A DNA stretch of 64,000 nt, from positions 32,320-96,319 of the forward strand of contig CAVVAR010000002.1 of assembly GCA_963746315.1 (NCBI GenBank), written 5' to 3'. Below the pieces are notes generated by a model. That model was given only the letters and a program-made list of their open reading frames with translations. It did no database searches and was not told the DNA's origin. Below are positions 19,374-29,656 of the stretch, piece after piece. Both the position numbers and the translations under genes were made by a program. Numbering within the stretch: the first letter of the stretch is position 1; the number at the start of each line of letters is the position of its first letter. The DNA comes from an uncultured Alphaproteobacteria bacterium. GTDB lineage: Bacteria; Pseudomonadota; Alphaproteobacteria; Rhizobiales; Hyphomicrobiaceae.

Positions 19374-20731
19374 GCGGTCGAGGCCAGGAAAGACCCACCG
19401 ACGGCACCAACCGCCGCAAACAGCAAGCGCGGTGAAGAAGGCTTCTCGGGGAGCGTCGGCTCCTGCAGGACCTGCAAGAGTGGGTAGGAGGCGAAAATGT
19501 CGGATTTCGTCGAGTCGATCCGTGCCATCGCCGAGCTGAACACCGCGTTCGCGATGGAATGATCGCGCTGCAGGTCGTCGAGGCGTGCGGCGACGATGCC
19601 AAGCTCTTGCCGGCGCGTTTCGTGCTGGACGAGCAGACGGCCGATCTCATCGACCCGCGCAACAAGACCGGCCCGCTCCGTCGAGCGGGAGATGAGATCG
19701 GTCATCAGGGCCAGGACCCGGTCGTTGTCAGAGCTCAGGATCGCGTCGTTGAGGAACTCGGAGCTCGTAATTCCGCGCGCAGCGAGATGCTCGCGCAACA
19801 CAGCCGCGATCGAATCCATCTTGCCGCGCGGGTCCATGACGCGCGGATGCGTCGGGCCGAACCGTAGCGCATTCTGCGCGAGGGTGCTCGAAGCCTCCGC
19901 ATAAGCCTGCCAAAGGCGCTTGAACTCTGGATCGGCACTCAGACCGATGAGCCGTGCCGCAGCCGTCGCGTCGAGTCCGAGCTGGCCGCCGAGCGCCGCC
20001 ACCTGGGCATGGCGCTCAGCCAGTTGAGCCTTGGCGCTCGCCTCGTCGCGTTTCAGCGCCTCGATGGATTGCACGAGCTGATTGTATTGCTCGATCGACG
20101 CCAAGCCCGAGCCGATCTGCAGCTCAAGCAAGCGTTCGCGCGCTGCCTTGAGCCCGCCCTCGATTTCACCGACCGTGTCGCGGATGGCTTGGTTGCGCCA
20201 ACGGATCTCGTCGGCACGCAGATCGTCGAGCATCTTTCGAAGGGCCGCAAGATGCGCCCGCGCCCGCGCCTGGGCGTCCTCGGGCGACGCGGCCTTGACC
20301 TCGAACCACATCAGTGACGACTGGTCGATCAGCTTGATCTTCGGGGTGCCGAACTGCTCGAGACTGATCCCCATAGTCTTGGCTGCCATCTCCAGAACCG
20401 GCCGGCTCAGGCTGATCTCCTTGTAATTGACCTTGGGGCTGAGCGCCTTATCGGAGAACGGTGACGCGGCGCTGAGTTGTGTCTGTCCTATGCGGTCGAG
20501 TGCGAATCGCGCCTCGACGCCGGCGCCCGGCAGGATGACGCCCCAATCACTGGTGTAGACGCGCGGCGCGAGCATCATGTAGGCCGCTGCGAGCGCGACG
20601 ATGCCGGCAACCGACACGAAGCCACCGAGGATGTAGCGTCGCCAGTGATGGCGCGGCTTTCCCGCTCCGGACAGCCAGTGCCAGGCATTCTTCGCAATCT
20701 TTTCTAAACTGCTGCCCATACACCCGCGCAC
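19295..20731 (-). CDS. Polysaccharide co-polymerase / chain-length determinant (Wzz/GumC-like), no kinase domain
   Basis: An N-terminal TM helix is followed by a long coiled-coil periplasmic region and a C-terminal TM helix (LLFAAVGAVGGSFLASTAWIFAWL). Confidence 0.7.
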   Translation of the reverse strand: MRGCMGSSLEKIAKNAWHWLSGAGKPRHHWRRYILGGFVSVAGIVALAAAYMMLAPRVYTSDWGVILPGAGVEARFALDRIGQTQLSAASPFSDKALSPKVNYKEISLSRPVLEMAAKTMGISLEQFGTPKIKLIDQSSLMWFEVKAASPEDAQARARAHLAALRKMLDDLRADEIRWRNQAIRDTVGEIEGGLKAARERLLELQIGSGLASIEQYNQLVQSIEALKRDEASAKAQLAERHAQVAALGGQLGLDATAAARLIGLSADPEFKRLWQAYAEASSTLAQNALRFGPTHPRVMDPRGKMDSIAAVLREHLAARGITSSEFLNDAILSSDNDRVLALMTDLISRSTERAGLVARVDEIGRLLVQHETRRQELGIVAARLDDLQRDHSIANAVFSSAMARIDSTKSDIFASYPLLQVLQEPTLPEKPSSPRLLFAAVGAVGGSFLASTAWIFAWLHQWFAFARSRRRSFTMRYA

Positions 20732-20814
20732 TCGTCATCGGCCACTCGCAAACGATTGGCCTTACCGACGCATCACTCTGACAGGGGGTGGTGAACAAGG
20801 CATTGCCGAAGGGA

Positions 20815-22047
20815 CTATTTGCCGCCCACACGCACCTGTTGCATAAGCCGGATCGGGGCCAGAACGGTGTCGATGCTCCGGGCAAGGTCGACGCCTTCGG
20901 CGATCGGGCTGTCGTAGCAGGCAACGCCGTCATCCGGCATCAGGTATGGGTTGATGTGGTCACGATCCTTGTCGCGCAGCAGGTCCTCGACGCTGCGTTG
21001 AACGACCTCGGTCTCGCGCGTGACCGGGTTGGTGCTGACGAGCACGATCTCGCGATGGCCTCGCGTCGCCCGTGCACCGCCGATGCAACTCGCCATTACA
21101 GCCGCCTGGAGCAGCCGCAGCCCGTAAGGTATTTTTTCGTCGTAGCGCGCGTCGGCACCGAAATGGATTTTCGACACGTAGATGCGTATTCCGCGCGGCG
21201 TAATGTGCGAAGGCCTAGCCAGCTCCGGCTGGAAGCAGCCCTTCAGCGGCACCACGATCTCGTCGCCATCCTCGAGCGTCGGGTCGTTGATGAAGTAGCC
21301 CCGGACGGCGCCCTTCATATCGACGCGATAGCTTTTGCCGCGCCGCCGGATCTCCACAGCCGAAATGTCTGCGTCCGGCCGCACACCGGACGCGACCCGC
21401 AACGCCGCCGTCAGTGTTCGCCGGAACGTGTAGTCGCCGAATTTCCGAACATTGTTCTTTGACGAGCTGATGTCGACTGTTTCCTTCTCCGCACTCTCGT
21501 TCATGGTGAAGCGGCCCTCCTGGAACACCGCTCCCCTGACATGCACCTCGATTGCCGAGTATCGGACGACGCGTACAGCCACCCGCGACGACGGGGGCGT
21601 GAACAAGCCCTTGCGGACCAGGGCCCGCTCGATGCTGCGCGCGACCTCCTCCTCGGTCAGACCAGTGGCCTGGACGCGATTAACGTAGGGAAGGCCCACC
21701 GTCCCGTCCGGTCCGATGGTGTAGTCGCCGTTGAACTCCTCGCCGTCGCTCAGCATGATGTTGACGGCGTCGCCGCGAGACAATCGGATGCGTGTGCGGG
21801 GCGATAGGCTTCCAGCCGCGCGCGGCTCGCGCCAAGCCTCGGGTTCAGGAGGATCGTCCAGCAAGCATGAACGCGCCATTCCCGACCAGGACGAGCGCGC
21901 CAAAGCCAAGCGGCTAGGCAAACTCGCCGAGGGTTCACGCTGCGGCATGTAGGCAACGGGCGCCGGGTTGTCGAGGCGCGCAGTGGCAGCGCAGCCGCCC
22001 GTTACGCACGCCACGACGACTGCAGTGATAGATGCGCGAACGTCCAT
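20815..22047 (-). CDS. Polysaccharide export outer-membrane lipoprotein (Wza-like, Poly_export plus SLBB)
   Basis: The lipobox is MDVRASITAVVVACVTGGC. The export domain is GDAVNIMLSDGEEFNGDYTIGPDGTVGLPYVNRVQATGLTEEEVARSIERAL. The start is set at ATG 22047. Confidence 0.8.
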   Translation of the reverse strand: MDVRASITAVVVACVTGGCAATARLDNPAPVAYMPQREPSASLPSRLALARSSWSGMARSCLLDDPPEPEAWREPRAAGSLSPRTRIRLSRGDAVNIMLSDGEEFNGDYTIGPDGTVGLPYVNRVQATGLTEEEVARSIERALVRKGLFTPPSSRVAVRVVRYSAIEVHVRGAVFQEGRFTMNESAEKETVDISSSKNNVRKFGDYTFRRTLTAALRVASGVRPDADISAVEIRRRGKSYRVDMKGAVRGYFINDPTLEDGDEIVVPLKGCFQPELARPSHITPRGIRIYVSKIHFGADARYDEKIPYGLRLLQAAVMASCIGGARATRGHREIVLVSTNPVTRETEVVQRSVEDLLRDKDRDHINPYLMPDDGVACYDSPIAEGVDLARSIDTVLAPIRLMQQVRVGGK

Positions 22048-22397
22048 TTCCGGATACGGCCCCGTTCGCTGCCAGTCGCCTCGTTCGATCGGGCCAGTCT
22101 CACCCCCGTCGTCGGCCCCCCTCTTTCCACAGAGATTCGTGGCGAGGGGCAACGCGTACGCTTGGTCCGCCCATAGATTGTTGGGGATGAGACTGAGTTT
22201 GCCTCGCAATCGCCCCGCTGCACCGCCAATGCAGGCTCCGCGGGGCGTGTCGCTCAAACGCCAACCTTCCTTCGGGACCGGAAGCGAGGTGAGGCCCTTC
22301 GCGGGGCACGCCCCGGGCTCACGCGTCGGAGAGCAACCGGAACTGAGCCACGTCGACCTCCTTCCGCACATTTGCCCTCAGGCCGAAAAGCTCGGAT

Positions 22398-23363
22398 TCA
22401 GGCCACACGCTTCAACTGGCGCGGTGCCGTACCGATCGGATACCCGTGAAGCGTAGACAACGCACGCCGGAGCGAATCGGGCCGGTACTGCAGCAACAGC
22501 GTCACGAGCTCGTCCGTGTAGTCGTCGGCGATGGCCTCGTCGGAAAGCGCCAGCGCGGCATTCGCCGTCAGGAAGCCTAACCGCGAGCCACAATCGAAGC
22601 TCTGCCCATCGAAGGCCAGCGCATAGATAGGTTGGTCACGCAGCAGCGCGCTCATGGCGTCCGTCAATTGTATCTCGCCTCCGGCACCGGGCGCCTGGTC
22701 GGCAAGGAGCGCCATGATCTCGGGCTGCAGGATATAGCGCCCGGTCACGGCCAGGTTCGACGGAGCATCCTTCGGTGCCGGTTTCTCCACCAGACCACGA
22801 ATTCGGCTGACGGCTCCGACACTCGCAGGCTCGACGTCGACGATGCCATACTTGCTCGTCTCGCTCGGCGGCACAGCCTCGACTGCTATGTGATTGCCGC
22901 CGAACCGGCGGTAGGCATCGACGAGTTGCGCAAGCCCGCCACGACCCGGCGAATGCACGATCACATCGGGAAGCAGCACGGCGAACGGCTCGTCGCCAAT
23001 GAACTCACGCGCGCACCAGATGGCGTGGCCGAGGCCGCGCGGCTCCTGCTGGCGTGTGAAAACCGCTTCGCCCGGATTGAGCCCCTGTCTGTCCAGAAGC
23101 TCGAGCAGCTCGTGCTTGCCCCGCAGGGCGAGCATCGCTTCCAGCTCGTACTGCCGGTCGAAGTGGTCCTCGATCATGCCCTTTCCGCGGCCGGTCACGA
23201 AGACGAAGCGCTCGATGCCGGCCGACCGGGCTTCGCGAACGACATGATCGATGATCGGTCGATCGACAATCGTGAGCATCTCCTTGGGGAGGGCCTTGGT
23301 CGCAGGAAGGAGGCGGGTTCCAAGTCCGGCAACAGGCAACACGGCGGTACGTACGGGTTTCAT
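22398..23363 (-). CDS. galU: UTP--glucose-1-phosphate uridylyltransferase
   Basis: MKPVRTAVLPVAGLGTRLLPATKALPKEMLTIVDRPIIDHVVREA...VLLPDV...VEKP...GRYIL...GEIQLTDA. Confidence 0.9.
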   Translation of the reverse strand: MKPVRTAVLPVAGLGTRLLPATKALPKEMLTIVDRPIIDHVVREARSAGIERFVFVTGRGKGMIEDHFDRQYELEAMLALRGKHELLELLDRQGLNPGEAVFTRQQEPRGLGHAIWCAREFIGDEPFAVLLPDVIVHSPGRGGLAQLVDAYRRFGGNHIAVEAVPPSETSKYGIVDVEPASVGAVSRIRGLVEKPAPKDAPSNLAVTGRYILQPEIMALLADQAPGAGGEIQLTDAMSALLRDQPIYALAFDGQSFDCGSRLGFLTANAALALSDEAIADDYTDELVTLLLQYRPDSLRRALSTLHGYPIGTAPRQLKRVA

Positions 23364-23467
23364 GGCAAGCCCTCGAGACTGGCTGAATGGTGACAGCGCG
23401 CCGATCCACATGGGGAGAGCAATGCGCAGGGGGCGTGTGGATCAGGCGCTGCCTTGCCCCGACACGA

Positions 23468-23482
23468 TCAAATGCCATGCCA
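23468..23482 (-). promoter_or_regulatory. Candidate sigma54 -24/-12 promoter facing galU
   Basis: The minus strand reads TGGCAT-GGCAT-TTGA. Spacing of GG to the -12 G is correct, but the -12 element is GA rather than GC. It lies about 105 nt upstream of the galU ATG. Confidence 0.4.
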
Positions 23483-23569
23483 GATCCGGATAGAGAGAGA
23501 TTTCAAGGCCACAACAGATGCTTAAAGGATTTATCGGGTGATCCGATGCCGCCAAGTTCGCATTTCGCA

Positions 23570-23650
23570 ATTGCACTGCGCGAAATCGACCATTGCATAC
23601 TGCGAAATCGGATCTCGACGTGTTTCATTCCCGCGAATTGCAGTTTGCAA
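23570..23650. promoter_or_regulatory. Candidate enhancer (UAS) region: TTGCA-containing repeats
   Basis: Direct repeats ATTGCACTGCGCGAAATCG (23570-23588) and ATTGCATACTGCGAAATCG (23592-23610). Palindromic TTGCAGTTTGCAA at 23638-23650. Confidence 0.4.
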
Positions 23651-23716
23651 AGGCGCATAGCCCGAGGTTTTGCACTCTGGCAAAGAAAGACATTTTATTA
23701 GAATTGAATATTTATG

Positions 23717-23729
23717 TAACGTTTTGATA
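23717..23729 (-). promoter_or_regulatory. IHF-like site
   Basis: The minus strand reads TATCAAAACGTTA, which fits WATCAANNNNTTR. It sits in an AT-rich tract between the TTGCA repeats and the plus-strand -24/-12 candidate. Confidence 0.35.
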
Positions 23730-23757
23730 TGGAATGATTTTTTCATATTGGTCGTGC

Positions 23758-23772
23758 TGGCATACGACTTGA
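23758..23772 (+). promoter_or_regulatory. Candidate sigma54 -24/-12 promoter facing the glycosyltransferase operon
   Basis: TGGCAT-ACGAC-TTGA, the same variant as the minus-strand candidate. It lies 47 nt upstream of the ATG at 23819. Confidence 0.45.
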
Positions 23773-23818
23773 GTGTGAGGGCAGCAGAAAACACTAGCCC
23801 GCGCTCAGGAGCTTTACG

Positions 23819-24695
23819 ATGTCCGCCACCGCCCTTGCCCACGCCCCCGACGCCACCCGCCACACCGCCGAGTTCTTCTATCTCCCGACAGCCGCGGCTG
23901 CCCAGGCCACGCCTCGAACCGACTCCGGCGCCCTAATCGATCTCTTCGGCCTCTCGATTGCCGACGCAACCCTCGAAGAGGCTGCGCGGTGGCTCGTTCA
24001 CCAAGCTACGATCGGCCGTCGAACTCAACACCGCCTTCATCAACGCGCACTGCGTAAACGTCTCCTACCACAACGCGGCCTACCGCACGGTTCTCGCTGC
24101 GATGGACGTGCTCTTTGCCGATGGTGCCGGCCTCCGAATTGCTGCGAAAATCACCGGCCAGCGGTTCAGCGACAACGTCAACGGGACAGACCTGTTTCCA
24201 CTGCTGTGCGCGGAGGCGGCCGCCGCTGGGGTCTCCGTCTACATGCTCGGCGGTGGCCAAGGCGTTGCGGGCCAGGCAGCCAAGGCCATGTGCGGAGGCA
24301 CCCCGGGACTTGGCATCGCGGGAACCCAATCGGGCTTCTTCAAGGACCCCGCGGAGGAGGCCGACGCCATCGATGCCATCAATCGCAGCGGCGCCCGCAT
24401 CCTTCTCGTCGGCATGGGCGTACCGCTCCAGGAGCAGTGGATCGCGCGCAATCGTCATCGCATCAAAACCCCGGTGATCATCGGGGTCGGCGGCCTGTTC
24501 GACTACTACTCGGGCCGCATCCCCCGAGCCCCGCTGCCGCTGCGTCGTCTGGGCCTCGAGTGGACCTGGCGCCTCGCCATGGAGCCGAAGCGCCTCGCGC
24601 GCCGCTACCTGCTCGGCAACATCGAGTTTCTCGCCCGCCTGGCTGCTTTCCGCACGCTCGCCCCGACCGCACTCAGCGCCGCCAGCGCACGCTGA
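23819..24695 (+). CDS. WecB/TagA/CpsF family glycosyltransferase, one frame change
   Basis: The N-terminus LIDLFGLSIADATLEEAARWLVHQA is in ORF 23819... The remainder (NTAFINAHCVNV...DVLFADGAGLRIAAK...NGTDLFP...ILLVGMGVPLQEQWI...GVGGLFDYYSG...RAP...GLEWTWRL..EP.RL.RRY) is in ORF 23958..24695. The join is near 24013-24020. Confidence 0.8.
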
Positions 24696-24726
24696 TCCGA
24701 AATAACGAGCCAGGAGAAGTCCGACC

Positions 24727-26224
24727 ATGACCAGCCTCGCTGCCGTCCTGGAACAACCCGCCGATTCCGCTGCTGCACTGTCGGCGGTGACGGGACCCGC
24801 AATCGCTGCCCGCCGCAACCCCGGAGCCGCGATCAACCCTGAGATGGCCCGTGACCTGACACTCGCGGCAACCCTCCTTCTATCGATGGCCTTCGTGACC
24901 GGCGCATATGCCATCGCCGTTGCCGCGTTGCCCAGCATCGCAGCCGCTTCAGGGCAGGTTGCAACCCCCATTGCAACGGCTGCCATGGCTCTCGCCGTAC
25001 TCACGGCCCTTACCCGTCCGAGCTTCTCTGTCTTCGCGTCCGAAAGCGATGCCAAACGCCTCGCCGTCATCGCCTCCATGGCCGCCTGTCCCGGCGCTGC
25101 CGGCCTCGCTGCCACGGGAGCGGCATCGATTACCTGGGCCCTCTATCTGATCGCCGCGACTACCGCGATTTGCGCAGTCGCCGGCAATCGCCTCGCTCTT
25201 CAACGCCTGGCCCGGAGATTTGGGGCGGACAAGCTCGCGCAGCGCCGCGTGGCTGTCTTCGGCGCTGGTCCCATCGCCGACGAAATCGCCGCACAGGCCT
25301 CCGAACCCGCCAGCCCGATCCGTCTCGCCGGTGTGTTCGACGACCGCAGGGACCCCTCCCGCCGCAACGGAATGCAGGCGCTCATCTCGGGCACCGGAGA
25401 TGATCTCGCGAACTCTCGTTCAGGACGGCTACATCGATGACGTGGTCGTCGCGCTCCCCGAATGGGCAAAGAGCCGCGTCGACACTGTCGTCGAACGACT
25501 GAGCCACAGCGCCGTCAACGTCTACTCGCCCGTGACCCTCGTCGAGGCGGCCGGCCTGCCAGTCGAGGACGGCAGCGTCACCCGCATGGGCCGTCTGGTG
25601 CTGATTTGCCTCTATCGCCGGCCGATCGACGGCTGGGGGGCCTGCGGCAAGGCGCTTTTCGATCGGGCGGTCGCTGGCTTGGCTCTGATCCTGCTCCTTC
25701 CACTGTTCGCCGCTGTCGGTCTCGCCATCAAGCTCGAAACCCGTGGGCCCGTCTTCTTCCGTCAAACCCGCCACGGCATCTCAGGGCGGCCGATCAAGGT
25801 CTGGAAGTTCCGCTCCATGCGCACGCAGGACGACGGTCCCGTCGTCAAGCAGGCGGTGAAAGGTGATCCCCGCATTACACACGTCGGCGCGTTCCTGCGC
25901 AAAACCAGCCTCGACGAGTTGCCGCAACTCATCAACGTGGTCCTCGGCGAGATGTCGCTGGTCGGGCCCCGTCCACACGCCGTCGCACACAACCAGCACT
26001 ACGAAAAAATCGTCGAAGGCTACAATCGTCGCCAGCGCGTAAAGCCGGGGATAACGGGTCTGGCCCAGATTAGCGGCTTCCGAGGCGAGACCCAGGATCC
26101 GGCGCTTATGCAGGCACGTATCGACCACGACCTGCGCTACATCCGCGGGTGGTCCCCCGCGCTCGACCTCAAGATCCTGTTCCTCACGCCCACGCTAGGG
26201 CTCGTTCACCCCAACGCTTATTGA
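24727..26224 (+). CDS. Undecaprenyl-phosphate sugar phosphotransferase (priming glycosyltransferase, WbaP/ExoY-type), one frame change
   Basis: The TM-rich N-terminus and the Rossmann-like RVAVFGAGPIADEIA are in ORF 24727..25440. The bacterial sugar transferase domain (PVFFRQTRHG..GRPIKVWKFRSM...DELPQLINVVLGEMSLVGPRPH) is in ORF 25220..26224. The join is near 25410. Confidence 0.85.
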
Positions 26225-26231
26225 GCGCGCC

Positions 26232-27354
26232 ATGCACCCCATAGCCGACACAACGCCGCGTGGGATCATGCCCTCACGCACAGCCAGCACCGTGTCCACG
26301 GCACCCCTGGGTCTGATCAACGCCTACTCGAGCCGCAACCTCGGCGATGCCGCCATCATGACGGCGATCGCCAACATGGCGCCCTCCGGACACGCCGTTG
26401 TCGCCCTCGCAGAGAAGCGCCCCTTGCCGCTCAAGCGGGTCGGCTTTCGTGGTGCGCTCGAGGACTGCGAGCACTTTGTCAGCGTCGGTGGAGACATCTT
26501 CAACAATGCCCGACCTCGCCTGGTGACCCGCAGTTTCCTGGCCAACGTCGGCGAGTTGGCCCGTCATCGGCGGAACGCCATCGTTTTCGGCCAGACCCTG
26601 CCCGCGTCGTGCCGGGGACCGTCGCTGGCTCTGTTGGCTTCGGTCCTCAGGCGAACCCGCGCCGTGGTGGTCCGCGACCGCGAAAGCCATCGCATCCTCC
26701 GTTCCAGGGGCGTCGAGGCTGAGCTGTCGTTCGACGCCGCCTTCGCGCTGGCGCCACAGGTCGAGGACATCCGCGCCGCGGCAGCATGGCTCGAGGCCCA
26801 AGGCCTGATGCCGACCAAGCTGGCACTCCTGTCGGTTCGCCCCTTCGACGCGCTCTATCCGCAGGACAGCGAGCGCTTCGTGGCGCGCATGGCGCGCCTC
26901 GCCGGCATGCTTGCGGACCGTGGCCTCCAGGTCGGCGTGCTCATCCAGGCCGCGGTCGGGCAGAGCGACGGCGACCATGAGGTAGCCGGGCGGATTGTTG
27001 CGGCCGAGCCTCGCACCCGCGTCGTGGACTGCTTGTCAGACGAAGGCACCGCGTACGATCCCGTCGGCCGCCTGATGGGCGTCATGGCCCTCGCGGAGAT
27101 CGTGGTTGCCGTTCGCTACCACGCCGCCGTCCTTCGAACTCGCAGCGGGACGCATGCCTTACCACATGCCCTATTCGCGCAAGGGCGCCGACCTGACGAC
27201 CCGGCTTGATCTCCCAGGCGCCTCGGTCAAGGCCTTCGACCCCGTGGCGCAGATCGACGACATCGTCGGCACGGCCGCGAAGGCCTTCGATCCGCGGCCG
27301 CTCGAGGCGGACGTGCGAGCCAGGTTCCACTCTGCGCTCTCGAGGCTGTCATGA
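26232..27354 (+). CDS. Polysaccharide pyruvyl transferase family protein, one frame change
   Basis: LINAYSSRNLGDAAIMTAI...VVRDRESHRIL...VAVRYHAAV is in ORF 26232... The C-terminus LAAGRMPYHMPYSRKGADL... is in ORF 27106..27354. The join is near 27130-27140. Confidence 0.7.
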
Positions 27355-28649
27355 CGATGCTCGGCGGCGTTGGACGCGCTTGGGCGGGGCGCTCGTCGGC
27401 AGGTGTGAGCAGGCTCGCGAGAAGCGGCGGCCTGCTCACAACCGCGGAGGGCGTCAATCGCGTCACCCGCATCATCACGGCGATCGCGCTCGCGCGTTGC
27501 CTTCCCGTCGCCGAGTTCGGACTTGCCGCAGCCGCGCTCACCGCGCACGAGCTCACCCGCATGTTCGTCCAGAACGGGCTCGGCACGCGCATCGTGACTG
27601 CCCGCCCCGGCGACATGGAAGCGACCGCGACAGCAGTCCATCGCATGAACTGGGCGCTCGGACTCCTCCTGGCCTTCCTGCAACTCGCCGCCGCCTATTC
27701 CGTCGGCCAGTACTTCGGGTCTCCTTCGCTCGCGCTCGCCGTCGCCGCGCTGGCCGTCGTGCATCTCGTCTATCCGGCAGCCATGGTCCGGGTCTACCTC
27801 GCCCAGCGTAACGGCAACTGGAACACCGTCGCCATTGCGATCGCCGGCACCGCAGTGATCGACAATCTCCTTACCGCTGTCCTGGCCTTCGCGGGCTTCG
27901 GGCTCTGGTCGGTCGTAATTCCCAAGCTGGCCGGCGCGCTCGCGTGGATCGTGTGGCACCGACGCCGCACTCCGTGGTCGCCGGGTGCGCTGCCCTCTCG
28001 AGAGGACTACCGCAGCCTTGCCGCCTTTGCCGCAAAAGTGCTGGGCGTCGAGATCCTGGCCAGCCTGCGCAACCACGCCGACAAGGCCTTTGTCGGCCTG
28101 ATGATGGGACCGGCGACGCTGGGCCTTTATGCCTTTGCGACCAACATCGGTCGCGGCATCGCGCTGAGCATCTCGTCATCGCTGGCAAGCGTTCTACTGC
28201 CCCACATCGCAAAGAGCCGCGAAGCAGGTAACGTCGCCGCGGCCTATCGCCAAGGGCTCGTCATGGCAGCGTTGGCCACGGCGCCATTTGCGCTGCTGCA
28301 AGCAGCTCTCGCACCCTGGCTGGTGCCGCTCGTGTTCGGCGCCCAATGGGCGCCTGCGACAGGCCTCGTCGTCGCACTCGCCATCGCTTCCATTGCGCAT
28401 CCGGTCCTGCTCGCTACGAGCCAGCTGCTACGTGCGCTCGAGCGCCCCACGATGGACCTCGCGATTAGCGCCGCCGCAACAGCCGCAAGCTTCGCCGGTC
28501 TCGCCCTTGGTCTCCCGTATGGGCTCATGGCTGCCGTTTGCCTGTCCTCGGCGGGCCTCGCCTTGGTCACGGTCGCTGCGGTGCTCGTCGGTCTCGCGCT
28601 CGCCGAGCAGGAGGCGCCCGCAGCCGTAGCCGAGGTCAAGCTCGCATGA
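27351..28649 (+). CDS. Wzx-type oligosaccharide flippase (polysaccharide biosynthesis protein family)
   Basis: 432 aa with about 12 or more TM segments, typical of the MOP/Wzx family. The start overlaps the upstream stop codon. Confidence 0.7.
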   Translation: MTMLGGVGRAWAGRSSAGVSRLARSGGLLTTAEGVNRVTRIITAIALARCLPVAEFGLAAAALTAHELTRMFVQNGLGTRIVTARPGDMEATATAVHRMNWALGLLLAFLQLAAAYSVGQYFGSPSLALAVAALAVVHLVYPAAMVRVYLAQRNGNWNTVAIAIAGTAVIDNLLTAVLAFAGFGLWSVVIPKLAGALAWIVWHRRRTPWSPGALPSREDYRSLAAFAAKVLGVEILASLRNHADKAFVGLMMGPATLGLYAFATNIGRGIALSISSSLASVLLPHIAKSREAGNVAAAYRQGLVMAALATAPFALLQAALAPWLVPLVFGAQWAPATGLVVALAIASIAHPVLLATSQLLRALERPTMDLAISAAATAASFAGLALGLPYGLMAAVCLSSAGLALVTVAAVLVGLALAEQEAPAAVAEVKLA

Positions 28650-29656
28650 ACGCCACAACCTCGAACCGAGCTACCGTCCGAGTTGCGGTGGTGATGGCCT
28701 GCTACAACGGCGAAGCGACGCTCGCCGAAGCCATCGACAGTGTGCGACGGCAGTCGATGGAGGACTGGGAGCTAGTCATTGTCGACGACGGATCGACGGA
28801 TGAGAGCCCGGAGATCGTCGAGCAATATGCGGGTCTCGACGCCCGCGTCCGCCTCGAGCGGCAGCCCAACCAGGGCCCTTCGCGTGCCCGCAACCGCGGC
28901 GTCGAGCTCACATGTGCGCCTTATGTGGCCTTTCTCGATGCCGACGACGTCTGGGACGAGAGCCATCTGGCCCTGACCACCGCCGAGCTCGACTGCGATT
29001 CCCGCCTCGGCATCGCATTCGCACCGAGCCGCATCGTGAGTTCCGACGGTACCTCCACCGGAGAGACAACGCGGGCTTTCACCGGCAACGTCACGCGCGA
29101 GGTTCTACTCTCGTGCAATCCCACCGCCACCTGCTCGGCCGTGGTCGTCCGCCGCGAGGCAATTGAGCGCGCAGGCCCAATGCGCGAGGACATGATCCAC
29201 GCCGAGGACCAGGAGTGGCTGTTCCGCATCCACCACAGCGGCTGGGCGATCCGTGGCATCCCGCAAGCGACGGTCGGCTACCGCACCAGCCCGAGCGGCC
29301 TCTCCGCAAACGTCCCGAAGATGATGTCCGGCTGGCAAACCTTCATCGGCCATGCCCGCGCCCTCGCCCCCGACATCCGTCCCGACGAGCTGCTACGGGC
29401 AACGGCGCGGATGCAGCTCTACTACGCTCAGCGCAGCATGCGCGCCAACGACGCGCCCAGTGTTGCCCGCCACATGCTCGCAGCCGTCAGGGCGTTTCCC
29501 GGAATTCTGGCCGAACGCCCGCGCACCGTACTCGCCGTCACACTCACGACCGCCATGCCTAACCTTGTCGGCGGCCTCATCGACCTGCTCAGGAGCTTCA
29601 CCCATGCGCGAGATCCCGCACGCACCAGCATTCAGCGTCGTCGTACCGCTCTATAA
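28646..29656 (+). CDS. Family 2 glycosyltransferase
   Basis: VAVVMACYNGEATLAEAIDSVRRQSMEDWELVIVDDGSTDES...FLDADD. The ATGA start overlaps the flippase stop codon. Confidence 0.85.
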   Translation: MNATTSNRATVRVAVVMACYNGEATLAEAIDSVRRQSMEDWELVIVDDGSTDESPEIVEQYAGLDARVRLERQPNQGPSRARNRGVELTCAPYVAFLDADDVWDESHLALTTAELDCDSRLGIAFAPSRIVSSDGTSTGETTRAFTGNVTREVLLSCNPTATCSAVVVRREAIERAGPMREDMIHAEDQEWLFRIHHSGWAIRGIPQATVGYRTSPSGLSANVPKMMSGWQTFIGHARALAPDIRPDELLRATARMQLYYAQRSMRANDAPSVARHMLAAVRAFPGILAERPRTVLAVTLTTAMPNLVGGLIDLLRSFTHARDPARTSIQRRRTAL

